Positions 1-13,800 of a stretch of 64,000 bases of DNA are shown here, one piece after another. A program made the translations under genes and the position numbers. The DNA comes from Tubiluchus corallicola (taxonomy: Eukaryota; Animalia; Priapulida), in NCBI GenBank assembly GCA_030141605.1, contig JAQGDQ010000958.1, positions 11,911 to 75,910 on the forward strand. The letters are read 5' to 3'. The notes under the pieces are model-generated. The model ran no database searches and had not been told where the DNA came from. It worked only from the letters and a program-made list of their open reading frames with translations. How positions within the stretch are numbered: position 1 is the first letter of the stretch; each line of letters begins with the position of its first letter.

Positions 1-254
1 GTGTATTGCAGGGGGATCGTGGGGGATCGCCGACCACCCACTTTTTTTTTAGAAAAAATTCACATTTCAATAAATGTCTGCTTTTTGTATTCATTAGATA
101 AAAAATATTAAAAATGTATACGGGTTTAATATTAAATCTACTTTTTTCGAAAAACGGTTTTAAATAATGTCAATTTCTTTCAAATTTGTGAATGTAAAAT
201 GGTAAGTCTTGAGGCTAGCCGTCCACCTACTTTTTATTTAGCAATACACAACTG
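1..254. mobile_element. Small TIR element (MITE), left end at the window edge
   Basis: gtgtattgc at 1 and gcaatacac(aactg) at 241-254 are inverted. Confidence 0.5.
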
Positions 255-429
255 TGTGTCACCAGTTGCGAGCCGTAACCAAGCCGACGTCATCAGCCAA
301 TTGGTAGGCAGCGCGTGGGGAGACGAGGGTCACGTGGCTTATAGAGGAACAGCAAACCAATGAGGCAAACTGAGGCAAACGTGAGCACGCGGCCACAGAA
401 TTTAAAAGTGTGCTGAATTTTGATAATTT

Positions 430-620
430 TAGTTGTAAAATTATTTGTGCAATACACCATGCCTGGAGAAAAAAGAAAACGTATGTCCTATACTGCTGAC
501 TTCAAGCTAAAAGTTGATGGTCGGCTTATATACGGGTTTTTGCAAAAACTGGCCATTTTAAGGCAGTTTTAGGGGGTCGGCTTATATGCGATGTAGGCTT
601 ATATGCGAGTATATACGGTA
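430..620 (+). mobile_element. pogo/Tigger-like deletion derivative
   Basis: ATG at 459 gives MPGEKRKRMSYTADFKLKV (BrkDBD/pogo HTH start), joined to a terminal ...cttatatgcgagtatatacggTA TIR. Confidence 0.7.
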
Positions 621-1217
621 AGTTTATATACAGTAAAGAACTGTGAAATTGGTCTTATTCCATTTTGCAAGAGGCTCCGATAATCTCCTCAAGAGTCAAG
701 GGGCTGAAAATTTTTATTTGTGGTTTGTGCTACAGATGAAGAGTGTAGATTATTCAAGAGATAGACAAATGATACTAGTACATGAATTATAATTTTTTGT
801 ACAGAAAAACATTTTGAACACACTAATCTTTTGTTCGACGTTTTTGTGTTTGGTGCATATGCGTTTTAACCACTTGAAATTATAATTTCCGATCTGTTAG
901 TTCCTTCCTGGAATGGGTCATAACATGTAGTAAAACAGCATTTTCTATTCTCGAAATAAGCAATCAAAATTATAGGCACAATGACGCAAAAAAATGTAAA
1001 CCAGTCAGGATTTGAACCCACGACCTCCAGATAGTAGAGAAAAATAGTTAATGAGTTTTGTAAATATAGGTTTATTAGTTCTGAGGTAAAACAGTTAAAT
1101 CTGTTTTACTGAATTATCTAGCAAATTGACTATTTAAGTCTGTCTCAAATACTTAAACATGACGTCTAAAGGCTTAAAAATAAAAAAAAATTACGAATGT
1201 TCACAAGTCTCATTTAC

Positions 1218-1358
1218 CGTGTCGTTTACAGACATGAAACAGTGACACAACCAACGCCGCGTCGTCCCGTCTCGACAAATGTAACTAAAGCCCCTAGGAT
1301 TGTTCCGGTCCGGAGCACAAAATGATACCTTCTCTACTGTTTGATCAACTATCAGAGC
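1218..1358 (-). CDS. numb: numb exon 5, PTB domain ([47 protein letters not shown]); gene continues beyond position 1
   Basis: tttag/gtaaat boundaries, 141 nt. Carries the diagnostic Numb motif [14 protein letters not shown]...[13 protein letters not shown]. Confidence 0.97.
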
Positions 1359-1906
1359 CTAAATTATTACAAAAAACATTGTTTATTATTGATCTATAAA
1401 TAATTATGAATTCAAGCATCATTGGTGAATCTATTAAAAACCAATTAATAATCTCATTCTTTATTTGGGAATAAAAATAACATTATATTTAATAAATATT
1501 GTTTATAAATTAATAATTTAATATTTAATAAAATATTTCAGTAAGTGTCAATATTACTTATTAAATTTTAATGACACAGCTGCTAGAAAAATTATATGCT
1601 TGTCCAATTTCATTTTCTTTTCACTCTACAGATGGGGCTACAGGTACAAGATCAATTTCTTCAGCTGTGACGGTCAAAATATAATAAGAATACTTCATAC
1701 TCCCAGGCCAAAAGTAATAAAGAGTTACATTAGCAATATTTTCACATTCCTCAATTTGGATTTGAAAGGTTTTGTGTGCAAGCAGTCATGTGTGCAGAAA
1801 CCAGCTGTAGATCTTGCACTATTTACCCTCTTATCCATCAGAGTAAACCTGCCCAGTTTAAAGCACGCCATTGTATGCTTATTATATGGCTCTGTGACTT
1901 GCATAC

Positions 1907-1984
1907 CTTATTCCTAGCGTCCACAACCCTAAGGCCATCACCGCTAACATGCAGAACTGCTTTGACCTTTTTTCTGTGAGTATT
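1907..1984 (-). CDS. numb: numb exon 4, PTB domain (NTHRKKVKAVLHVSGDGLRVVDARNK)
   Basis: ttcag/gtatgc boundaries, 78 nt. Matches Numb KAVLWVSADGLRVVD. Confidence 0.95.
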
Positions 1985-2539
1985 CTGAAATATAATAAAG
2001 CTGTTATAGGTCGTGGTCACTAACCAAGCCTTACCTACAAAAGCGTACAAGCAGAAAGAGAAAAATGGCAAAGAAAAATGTGTGTTTACCAGACAAACAA
2101 TACCAAAGTTTAAGTAAGTCGATGCTAGCTGATATGTTGACCTTATTTTCACACAGTAGGCATGAGAGCTCGAATTTACGTTCTTGACTGGTGAACTTAT
2201 ACACCATCAAGCTAATGTACTTTGTAGAATAAATAAAATAATACAGTATGGCTGGATTACATCATCATATCAACATTACGAAATTTGTTCAGTATGTTGA
2301 TAGTAAAATCCTACAGCTTTAAATGCACATACAGCAACTCACTACAGTAAATGCAAGTTCAATAACTGGTCAGTTAAATTCAATCGCCACACGTTCACTT
2401 GATGGTCAGTCCTGAATAACTTGAGTTTCGTAAAACTACAAAACTTTAAATAGTTCACATTGGATTGTTGACATTTCATTTCAATAGTTCACATTGTATA
2501 AGTTGAACAATTTACAATTAAATATTGTGACATAATATT

Positions 2540-2819
<280 letters not shown>

Positions 2820-3367
2820 TTATTTCACTCCAGCAATACATATACAATACATCAATATACAATATTATTGAAACAAAAAGAAACAGTATAGGTAAAAAAC
2901 GTTGATGAAGTCAAATTAACCAAATAAAAGAGTTGCTGTATGACACCTTGAAAGCTTGGCTTGTTAATGTGGCACAAATGAGTGAATGAAAGAATGGTTA
3001 GGGTTAGTAGACATGATGGAATGGAAACTATAGTAAGATTAGGGATAGGAAGGGAGGGGAGAATGAGTGAATGAAAGAATGATTAGGGTTAGTAGACATG
3101 ATGGAATGGAAAAAATAGTAAGATTAAGGATAGGAAGAAGGAAAAGTGGAGAAGAAACGACCACAGTGTATGTTTAATTTACATAGAGGTATGTTAAAAT
3201 AGCATTATAATTGATTGGACGCCATATATTGCAACTGCATGAGACATGGAAGCATTAAAATTGTATTATAAGTATTATCAATCCAAAAATCAACTATTTT
3301 TACTTTGAAAAGCAAAAAACGAAAGCGGAGAAACCGTCATGTCATAAAAATTTCAAACTGTTTTTAC

Positions 3368-3439
3368 CTTTAGTGCTTTAAACGCTTGTTCACAGACAGA
3401 AATTCCTCGGGATTCGAATACTTCTACATTGCCTAGGTA
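3368..3439 (-). CDS. numb: numb exon 3, PTB domain (YLGNVEVFESRGISVCEQAFKALK)
   Basis: ttcag/gtaaaa boundaries, 72 nt, phase 0. Matches the Numb PTB segment YLGHVEVDESRGMHICEDAVK. Confidence 0.95.
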
Positions 3440-4312
3440 CTGAAAAACAATTAGCATAGAATGAATTCAATATTGATAGCTCCAAACTTATTGTAAAAGC
3501 AGTCAATATTACACGCTATAATAATATTAGCATCCAGACGAATGCGTGCATAATAAATTAGTATTTATTAAACTAATTAGGAACTTAAACAAAGAAGATC
3601 AGAACAGCAAGACAGTCTCATCATCATCATACGCTCGTCACGTCTATTGTAGACAATGGGCAGGCAGAATTCTAAAATAAAAGAAATCTGCCTTCAGACA
3701 GGTAAACGCAGCAGTACTCCAGCAAAAAACTAGACACTTCTACGCCAGTGGCTTGTCAGCACCACTTCCGTTAAAAGACAGTCTATCATCATCATCATCA
3801 TACGCCCGTCACGTGTGTTGTAGACATTATTATTGTTATTATTATTATTGCCCAATGTCAAAAGACAGTCTAGAATGCAGAACACTTCTAAGCAATCACC
3901 GAGATCTTTTATCTACACAAACCATATCTATGGTATTGTTACAGTCACTATTGTGACATCTCATATGTGACATCAATGAATGAACCATGCCACTTTCAAA
4001 ACTGCACAGTTAGAACAAAAATTGGAGATTAGTTAACATCTTGAGAAAATCAGAGCTTAATTTTTAACCGGAAAAACTAATTCCATTGAGATAAATAAGA
4101 AAGGAGTAAAGCAACAATGTTGCAGTTACGCTTTAACGGTTTGCTTCTGTTTTCGTAGAAATGTACAAATTGTTCTTGAAGATGTAAACGATCTACGTGG
4201 CTTATAAGCTTTATTTAGAACAGTAACACAGACATTAAAGCACGCACACATTGTGCTACACTAATACACAGAGTTTTGTAATTATGTAAATGCTCTGCTG
4301 CCTCATTAGAGT

Positions 4313-4803
4313 GGAATATCAGCAGGTTGACTTTGGTTCATCAATTCAGACATTTCATAAATGAAACTCACTGGTTTACTAACTGACTAAGTACATTTCT
4401 GTTAAAATCGAAACTAAAAACACTTTTGTTTTTGGAATACCAGCAGGTTGACTTTGGTTCATCAATTCAGATATATCATAAATGATACTCACTGGTTTAC
4501 TAACTGACTAAGTACATTTCTGTTAAAATCGAAACTAAAAAACACTTTTGTTTTTGGAATACCAGCAGGTTGACTTTGGTTCATCAATTCAGATATTTCA
4601 TAAATGAAACTCACTGGTTTACTAACTGACTAAGTACATTTCTGTTAAAATCGAAACTAAAAACACTTTCGTTTTTGGAATACCAGCAGGTTGACTTTGG
4701 TTCATCAATTCAGACATTTCATAAATGAAACTCACTGGTTTACTAACTGACTAAGCACATTTCTGAATCTGTTAAAATCGAAATTCAAAAAACGCTTTTG
4801 TTT
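4313..4803. repeat. ~121-bp tandem repeat x4
   Basis: ggaataccagcaggttgactttgg... recurs four times. Confidence 0.95.
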
Positions 4804-5606
4804 CTTTTTCCCTTCCTCTACATGAAATTGACAAGACAAAGGACGCAGTTGAACGTTAAATCAGGCATTCACGCTACTAGCTAAGAATTTATTATAATTT
4901 AATTAAAGACTAGTCTCATTAGATAAACTAGAATTGATGTTAAACGCAACGTCAAAGACGTATAAATAAATGTGTCATAAACTTATCAAACATTTTCGCA
5001 ATCTTTTTACAACTATTTTTATCTCTTTAAGTCAAGCTAAAGGCAGCAAATATTTACGTAACAGAGAACCTTGACAAGAGAGAATATTATCATCTCTCTA
5101 CTTTAACCCATTCGCCATTCAATCTACCCTTTTTAGTGAAGTCTTTTAACCCTAAATGATCACGTAACTTGATACTTGTAATAATGATTAAAGTAGAAAC
5201 TGAAAAGGCTTTTACGTGATAACAATAAAGGCAAATTCACACATATCCAGTAGCAGTAACTGAGATTTAATTATACAGCTGTTGGCAAGAGAAAGAATTT
5301 GCCACAAAAAGGTTGATGACGCAACGGCAACGTATTTCACGTGATCATTTACTGCAACTTTGGCGCGTGCGTGCTGTGCGACTCTAACTATGCCTTTACT
5401 GTAGTAATCAGTTAAAGTACAACAAGAGTTGATCTGTCTGTCTAAACAGAGGCTGTACAAACACGGAATGCCTTCGTCAAAAGTGTCGGCTTATAGGATA
5501 TAATAATTCAAATAGCAATTTTAACAACACTGTGACGTAAATTATACTAATGGCATTACAGCCACTTCATCCATGATGGATGCAACAACGTTAAAATGTC
5601 ATGACA

Positions 5607-6306
5607 TGGAAGTTACACCGGCCAGGCCGCACAGGTACATCATCCCGACTGAACATGTGAACGTACCTTAACTTGGAAGTTACACAGACCAGACCGCACA
5701 GGTACATCATCTCGACTGAACATGTGAACGTGCCTTAACTTGGAAGTTATGCAAACCAGACCGCACAGGTACATCGTCCCGACTGACCATGTGAAAGTAC
5801 CTTAACTTGGAAGTTACACAGGCGAGGCCGCACAGGTACATCATCCCGACTGAACATGTGAACGTACCGTAACTTGAAAGTTACACAGACCAGACCGCAC
5901 AGGTACATCATCCAGACTGCCCAGGTATATAATCCTAGACTAGATATGTGCATGTACATTGACTTGCAAATTGGAAATTACATAGGTTAGTTCACGAGGA
6001 TTCATCATCTATACAAAACATGTGAACATACCTTAACTTGGAAGTTACACAGACCAGACTGCACGGGCACATCATCCCGACTGACCATGTGAAAGTACCT
6101 TAACTTGGAAGTTACACAGGCGAGGCCGCACAGGTACATTATCCCGACTGAACATGTGAACGTACCTTAACTTGGAAGTTACACAGGCCAGACCGCACAG
6201 GTACATTATCCCGACTGAACATGTGCATATACGTTCACTTGGAAATTGGCAATTACATAGATTAGTTCACAAAGATTCATCATCTATACAAGACATGTGA
6301 ACATAC
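5607..6306 (-). repeat. 67-bp tandem array copying the numb exon-2 3' end plus donor
   Basis: Units encode DDVPVRSGLCNFQVK followed by gt. A ~275-bp higher-order duplication is also visible. Confidence 0.93.
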
Positions 6307-6454
6307 CTTAACTTGGAAGTTACATAGGCCAGACCGTACAGACGCATCATCCAGCTGCCATTCTTGAGGTTTGTTTGCAGAGGACGAAGAATGATTATCC
6401 GTCCAACGCTTCTTCCCCCTCAGCCGCAGACTTTGCCGTATCCGTGTCACCGTC
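6307..6454 (-). CDS. numb: numb exon 2 (TVTRIRQSLRLRGKK...KPQEWQLDDASVRSGLCNFQVK)
   Basis: ctgtag acceptor and gtatgt donor. Matches the Numb N-terminus pattern KLRQSFR...RPHQWQTDEEGVRTGKCSFPVK. Confidence 0.93.
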
Positions 6455-7549
6455 CTACAGGCAAATAACACAACAGCAGTGAAAAACTGTTACAGAACAA
6501 AGAGAATTTTTGTTCCACAAAACAATGAACATGTAGTATGTTAACTCTTTCTCCTGAGTTACTTTAGTCATTAGCAGTGAGTAATAAAATGTTAAAATAA
6601 TTATAAGGAATAATCAGGGGAACATTCCAGGAGCAATAGACATCAATTACACCAGAAAAAATCTTAGACTTGCAATCACAATTATTGTAATTTGGCGGAA
6701 ATGATATAATTAGCACTAATAAGCAAAAACTTATCAGGTGTAGATTTTAATAATAAGGCAAGAAAAGTCAGAAGAAATCAAAATTAGTTCAGAACATGTT
6801 GGAAGAAACTTCAAGACGGATCACAAAACTGGTAAATATTACAGAATAAATGAATCCAATTCGCTGTGACATGCATTTCGCCATTCATTAGTTAGATGGG
6901 CACTACCGCTTGCGTTTTGGAAACACGTTGCATGAAAAACAGGTGCTGTACCTCTCAGTTCATACCTGTTCGTTTGTGACGTAATACACACGTTTGCGGG
7001 CTCATGCGTGAGCACAGCGGTAAATTTAAAATTTCAATTTTTATCTTGAAATTTTGCCGAGCTTCTGTATGTTACACAAAATGTTGCATAGTAGTACTGT
7101 ACTTCAATTTCCGCTTTCGCGAAAACGTTCAACACGCTCACGGCTCATTACAATGTTTGTGCTGTAGAAAATTATGTCCGTTTGTGACGTCATCACTAGC
7201 TGGGCTCGCATTAATTAAGTTTTAAACATGTTATTTAAGTATCAGACATGCTTTTGCATTATAATATGTGTTAAAATGTATACATGTTACCCTACTTGAA
7301 AAATTGGGTAGGATATGAAAAACTGTCCTGTTTTACTTTAGTAAAGATTGGTGATAGATGCTCTGAACCGAAATTAGTACCTTAATTATTACTATTAACT
7401 GCACAAAGTACTAAATACATACAATTATCAAGCAAATAATTATATTCCAACGATTAACATTGTAGATAAATGAATCTGATAATTTTCTATTGATGATAAA
7501 TTCATTAGCAACGTACGATACATAGTAAAATTTGGGCAGTAGGCTGTAT

Positions 7550-7995
7550 GCATTCATTAGAACAAGCAATCTAAAACAAAATACCCACTATGGAACGAAC
7601 TCTGTAATCAAGCAAGCAATTCTACTTTGGAATTCTCTACCATTACAGGTTAAACAAATCAAGTTCCTATCAGCATTTAAAACAAAATTAAAATCACTAA
7701 TATTAACTAGATATGAAATAGCATCACACCAGCACGACAACATACACACTAATTCAGAATTCACACATCCACGGCCATATTATTTAAATCATAGTTTTTT
7801 TTCATTTTTTGTGCATAGTTGTAAATATGTTTGATTTTATTCGTCGTTACTTTCCATTACTGCACAGTAGTTTAGATTGCACTGACGCATTTGCCTTTAG
7901 CAGTGTAAGTTTTTATTAACTAACACTGATTGATCATCTCTGTAAAGTTTTTATCACTGATTATCAATGTATTTTAATGGCAAATAAAGATTATA
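7550..7995 (+). mobile_element. LINE (CR1/L2 group) ORF2 C-terminus plus 3' UTR
   Basis: ...AILLWNSLPLQVKQIKFLSAFKTKLKSLIL, then aataaa. Confidence 0.75.
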
Positions 7996-8514
7996 TATCA
8001 TGGTTAAAACGTGGCACCTGACACAGTAAATAGCACAAATAAAACTTAAGTGATATATGCATAATAAACAAACCTTTGCATTGAAAAGGTTAATCGTTTA
8101 CAACGAATTCAAAATCAAACGCAATCAAACACGTCACAGAACAATCAACTTTTGCTGTTTTTTAGTAAATCACGGCTTTCAGAAGCGAAACAAAAACTTG
8201 TAAAGTTTAAAACACCCAGGCAGGCAAACAGACAGACAGACCGACGAGTTTTTGAAGGTTATTAAATAGCTGACTCTAGCAGATGTCATGAAGATGATCA
8301 AAGTTCAGTGTGTATTGCTCAATATTCATAATGGATTGATTAGATAACGCGTGGCTTGAACGCGGTGTGTAAACAACATCCTGTTTATGAGTCTGACTGT
8401 TCTCCTAATAAGGTATGGACGAATCCATCAGGTGAAGCAAGAAAGGGGGGAGGGAGGCGGTAAGAATGATAACGATGATTCATAAAAGTTTCTTACACTG
8501 TAGAAAAGATATTG

Positions 8515-8950
8515 TATTCAGTACGCGAGCGTCTACATAGTACTTTGGAATGTAGCAACGTGTATCCATGGCAACGCGTAAACGGTATTTTCGTCATAAA
8601 GTTGGAATGTAGCAACGTGTTTCCATGGCAACGCGTAAACGGTATTTTCGTCATAAACGTACAACGTACATTCGTCATGAGCGCATTTGTTTGATTATGA
8701 AAGGAATAACGCACATAAAAGTAAGAGGTATTTCCTGTGGAGAGGCATTTAATTATCAGCCCGCCACATTGCTCTTACAGTGAATACTCAGCACGCGAAC
8801 GTCTACATAGTACTTTGGAATGTAGCAATGCGTTTCCATGGTAACGCGTATTTCAACACATTCGTCATGAGCGCATTTGTTTGATTATGAATGGAGTAAT
8901 ACACATAAGAGGTACTTCCTGTGGAGAGGTATTTAATGATCAACCTCCCA
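8515..8950. repeat. Local ~270-bp direct duplication with an internal ~57-bp duplication
   Basis: cgtctacatagtactttggaatgtagcaa... and cattcgtcatgagcgcatttg each occur twice. Confidence 0.8.
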
Positions 8951-9423
8951 TGTTGCTGACATCATAAACTCTAATGGCTGTGAGAAACAATCGCAAGTTC
9001 TAGAATAACAGTTGCATTTTCTCACACTAGTTATTATGGTTCATCTATCTGACATGCCTTAGGTAATTCGAAGCTGAGACAACTCCGATCCCAATTTTTC
9101 ATCACTCTTCGGCATTTGATCAACGACAGTGGTTCTGTTACATAATGGGTAGGATCCCTCTTTTATCAACCCACCCCTGTTGACCGAGCGGAATAAACGA
9201 GTCGTAAGTTTTGGCAAGACTGGCAGCAAGTATGGGTTATGCCTAGTCCAGGGGAGCAGCCCTAGGAAGAGAAGCCTACGTTTGCCCAGTAACCATTGTA
9301 CAAAACAAAATCTATGAATTCCACTAGTCTATCTTCACGTGTAAAATTCTCAGAGCCGAAATCGTAATCTTCCCCAGGACTTAGTCCTGACGTCATATAC
9401 ATTGATAAAAATATGGAATTTAA

Positions 9424-9882
9424 CCCTTTCAGTCCCAAATTATTTTTTAATAAGAAAAATTTTTTTGGCTTGGTACTTTTGTTCAGTATGTCCATCTTGT
9501 TTACACATAATAATTATTTTTTTCTACCTGTGCCCGCGTGCTAAATATAGCCTGTATCCCACGGGATACATTGGGATTCAATGCAAGCATAAAATGTGCT
9601 TCATTTTGCAACTGCTGATAATTTTTTAAAGTATTTAAGACATTTAGTATGCATGCTATGCTGATCTGTACAAAGTCGTCTCTAAAGTACTGTACCTTGT
9701 GTGGTTTTTTATGCTATGTAGATTTTCTAGTTTGTCATTTTATCACGATTTTTAGTCTATTGTTATTGGCTTAAATCAAAATAACTATTAACAGATCAAA
9801 TAACTGTCAGTTTTAAAATTTTATTAAATTTAAAGGCAGAAAATATTCTCGTATCCCACGGGATACAACGGGTATGAAAGGG
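9424..9882. mobile_element. piggyBac-type MITE (copy 1)
   Basis: TTAA|ccctttca ... tgaaaggg|TTAA. Near-identical copy at 38749-39205. Confidence 0.9.
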
Positions 9883-12800
9883 TTAAACTGGACTTTTTCT
9901 TGGGTAAAAGGACGATTCAGAATAACCTTCAAATCATGTCAAACTATGAAAAAAATTATACCTTTCTTACAACAGACATGTCATACAATACTCCCACAAG
10001 TACGCAAAAGTTAACTATTATCCGAAAAATCAATTTATAACGACAAAAACGCAAACAGAAATTGTGTGAAATCGAGTCGATACAGGTAATAGCTTTCTCA
10101 ATGGTTATTACACATAAACACGCATAATGAACGTGTAATAACCACAAATTACATACCAGTCATTACGTATAAATGCTGCAATAAATTTCTCTCCCGATCA
10201 GAAATATTTATAACGTCAAACGCAGGATTTGAACTTGTTACGTTGGAATATCAGAAGTTCTCTGACTGTGATGAATATTTTAACTAAAAAGGAAATGAGG
10301 TTCCATTCAGGGCTTGCTTATAAAGTCGAATTTTTTGTAGATATAATAGTACATGTATGCTGGCATTTGGTGATATAACAGATGTGAAAATAAGTGAAGC
10401 TCCATTCAGGGCCTGCAGAGCAGAGCAGTTTAAAAAAATGGTACTATTTAGTACTTGAAAAGTCGAATATATTTATTTATGGATAGAATAGTAGATGCTG
10501 GCATTTGATGACAGATATAGGTGTGAAAATAAGTAAACGGGCCACTCAGAATGCAATTTTTGAGATTATTTTATTGACTTAAGCCCTAATCCTGGTTGCC
10601 CGTAATACAGGCACTATACGACCTACTGGTAGCCTCTACAATTACAAATCATCTAATTTAAATTAGTCTGCTTTGATAACCACTGCAAAGATTACTATGT
10701 TTCTGTCAACAATTAATAAGCAATACTAAGCAATAAATTCAGTTTAGTCATAAATTTGCTTTTTTAATTTCCTTTGCGTTTTTTCCCAAGAGAATAACGT
10801 GCCACACGAATATTGCTCATACATCATACCTGTCCAGGTAAAACTAATTAACGATGTTGCAGGTATGAACTTTACCTAGCAGGGCATGGACAGCAGGTGT
10901 TTGATTAATAGACAACCTAAATCATTTCATAAATAAACAATGAACTAGAGCTTAGCTTACAATGGGGCAATAACGGAAATCTTATTTTGAGAGTTTAGAA
11001 GTTTTTTGTACAATTATTTCTCTGATCACTTGTGTTGTTTAAAGGTACAGGGCAGCTGGTGAAAAAATGCTAGGAATTCAGACGCATTCAAGCCACTCTC
11101 TGCGCGTTTAAACAACTATGTAGACCCTCCTATATAAAGAAATGTTCAAATAGAGGAGATCTGATGCTGAATTAGCGTGAGACCGTGTGAAGAAAGCTTC
11201 CCTGAATATCAGTTAGAATTTCAAATGGCAATGGTTGGCCAGTCAAGGATGGCTTTGTTACTACTGAGGCTGTGGAAGTTCATCAACGAACGACGGGTAA
11301 CATCAAGTCCATGCCAATGAAATTCTCACGCTAAAATTCAATCAGCCTCATCGTGAATATGTACAAGTTATGTCGTTAATATTATTTTATTATTTAAATT
11401 AGTTAAGAATTATTAAAATTACGGGATAAAACAAATACAAAAAAACATAGTCAATAATAAAAATGCCAAGGAGAATGTCTATACACTAATAATACATAAT
11501 AATTGTCCACACCACGTACACTCTACTACTCATTACCGTTTTCCATTAATTACAGAAATCTTTAATCTTTAATGAACAGCACCACGTATTAATGTCAGCT
11601 TCATACAATTGCCTTATAGATGGAAATACTAAATTATGATCAGCGTTATATTTCGTTCTGACACGCGCTGTAAGTGTAAATGGACAACAGCAATAAACGT
11701 GCTCTTCGCTTTCAACGCTTACTTTATCACAAGGGCACGCTCTCCTAGCTCTAGGGATACGAGCCCTTCTGCCTTTTTCGATAAAATTACAAAATTATAA
11801 ACCAACCAACAGATTACACTGACAATTAATTAAATTGTGAATTAAAATTTGGGCGTTTTCGGAAACAAATCCATGTTCAAATTTTAACGTAATTAAATTA
11901 ATTGTTAATCTAACTTGGTGATGTGTTTTCTTCTGCTATTTCGATTAAAATGGCTATTTTGCTGAGTTATAAGAATGTTGCAGAAAAAAACTTAGAAAAT
12001 AGGTTAAAATGCTCATTTAATTTATGAACTAATAGCTCATAATATTATGCACATCTGTGTTTCACATCCGCAGGTGAGAGGTTTTATCCTTGGTCACACA
12101 TTCTTATTTATTATTATTATTACATTTTACTGTCCTCATAAAATTATTAATAAAACAAAATAAAATATACAATCAAATACATACATACCATCAAAACTAT
12201 AAAATACATGCATACATAGACAAATTATGAAGCAAGACTCTTACGAAACACGAAATGACTACAAAAGTTTCAAACAAATAACAGAAGACATGTGAATATG
12301 AAAGTCAAGCATTAAACATACTGAGGAAATATAAACTAATGGAAAAATTGATTAACCCGATTTAGGGATTATTACTTCGCCAAGTTACCTATAGAGGCGC
12401 TCCAGTTCTACCGTGCAGCTTAATAATTAACCTGGCTAAGAACAAACAAATTTAACTTACCAGAGATATTAGTTAATTTTATCGTTTGCGAATTATTAGG
12501 TAAGCAACATTTGTTTGTTTATTATGTCAACTAAGCAGACCGTAGAAATGCAAAGTTCTGTCTACAGTTATAATAATAAGTACCATACAAACTGACCAAC
12601 ATTTGATAATATTCAGCACGATAAGCATTAAATGTGACATATGGAGCTAATAGGTTTAAAAGCTGATGTGCAAATCATCAATTACTCTAATCAACACATC
12701 TGGTTGTCAATCAGTGCACTAATGAAGAGGTATAATTGAATGTAGCAATTGCAATATAATGTAACTCTCCACGACCCTATAATCACATTGATTGAAGTAA

Positions 12801-13397
12801 GCCATACAAAATCAATGAAGCAATCACGCTATTAAATCATGTAGCTATTGAAGATGGTAGCAGCAACATTGCAGTCTGTTTGCCTGCCTTGGTATTTTAA
12901 AGGTTCAGTGTCGCTTCTTAAAGCCGTAATTTACTAAGAAACAGTGAAAGTTGATTGTTCCGTGGCCTGTTTGATTGCGTGCTTGCATTCATTGTAATCG
13001 CTTAACGGTTAACCTTTCCAATGCAAAGAGTTTGTTTATTGTGTGTATAAAACTAAGTTTTATTTGTGCAACAACTACGACCACGGCGGCAGCAACGACA
13101 ACGACGACACCACGAACACCATCACCGGCACCACGAAATTTAATTTCCCAGCTAGAAGACCAATACACTCATCTAACTTTCTTAGGCGCATTCTTAACAA
13201 ACCTTCTCTTATAACCTTCGAAAATGAAAGACAATAAGGGACATTTGCTTGGCCTTTCCACCATAGTGCATTCGCGACAAAAGAAACAGTGTAATTAATT
13301 TGTCTGGCTAAGTTGACAACCGTTTCTCTGCCATGTAGTATGGTGTAATACTTTTTAGTTTAAAATGGGAACCAGAAGAAGCATTACTATTGGACAG

Positions 13398-13800
13398 GTT
13401 TTATTATTATTAATATTACTATTACTATTATTTATGGGTAATTGTAGCTCGATTGGTGACGAAAAATTTCAACAAAATGTACTAATTATATATAGCAAAA
13501 TTATGATACAGTACAATAATGTAAGTGTGAGCATTAGTACTAAACTTACGTACCTAATACAATAACAATTAACAGAAGGTATACAATTATAAAAAAACAT
13601 TACGAGTTTTGGTAGAGATGGCTGTGGAGGTGAGTTTTAAAAGTAGTTAAGTTAGGGGCATTTACGACTTCAAATGGCAAAGAGTTTCACACATTTATCA
13701 CTCGACATGCAAAGCTGTGCAAAGGCACGTTGCGTCGAATTTGTGGTTTTGTGAGCTTAAAATCATGTCCACGAAGCCTTGTATCATTAGACAACACAAA
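13398..13800 (-). mobile_element. CR1-type LINE 3' end
   Basis: DTRLRGHDFKLTKP...FACRVINV*NSLPFEVVNAPNLTTFKTHL followed by a (taa)n tail. Confidence 0.85.
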
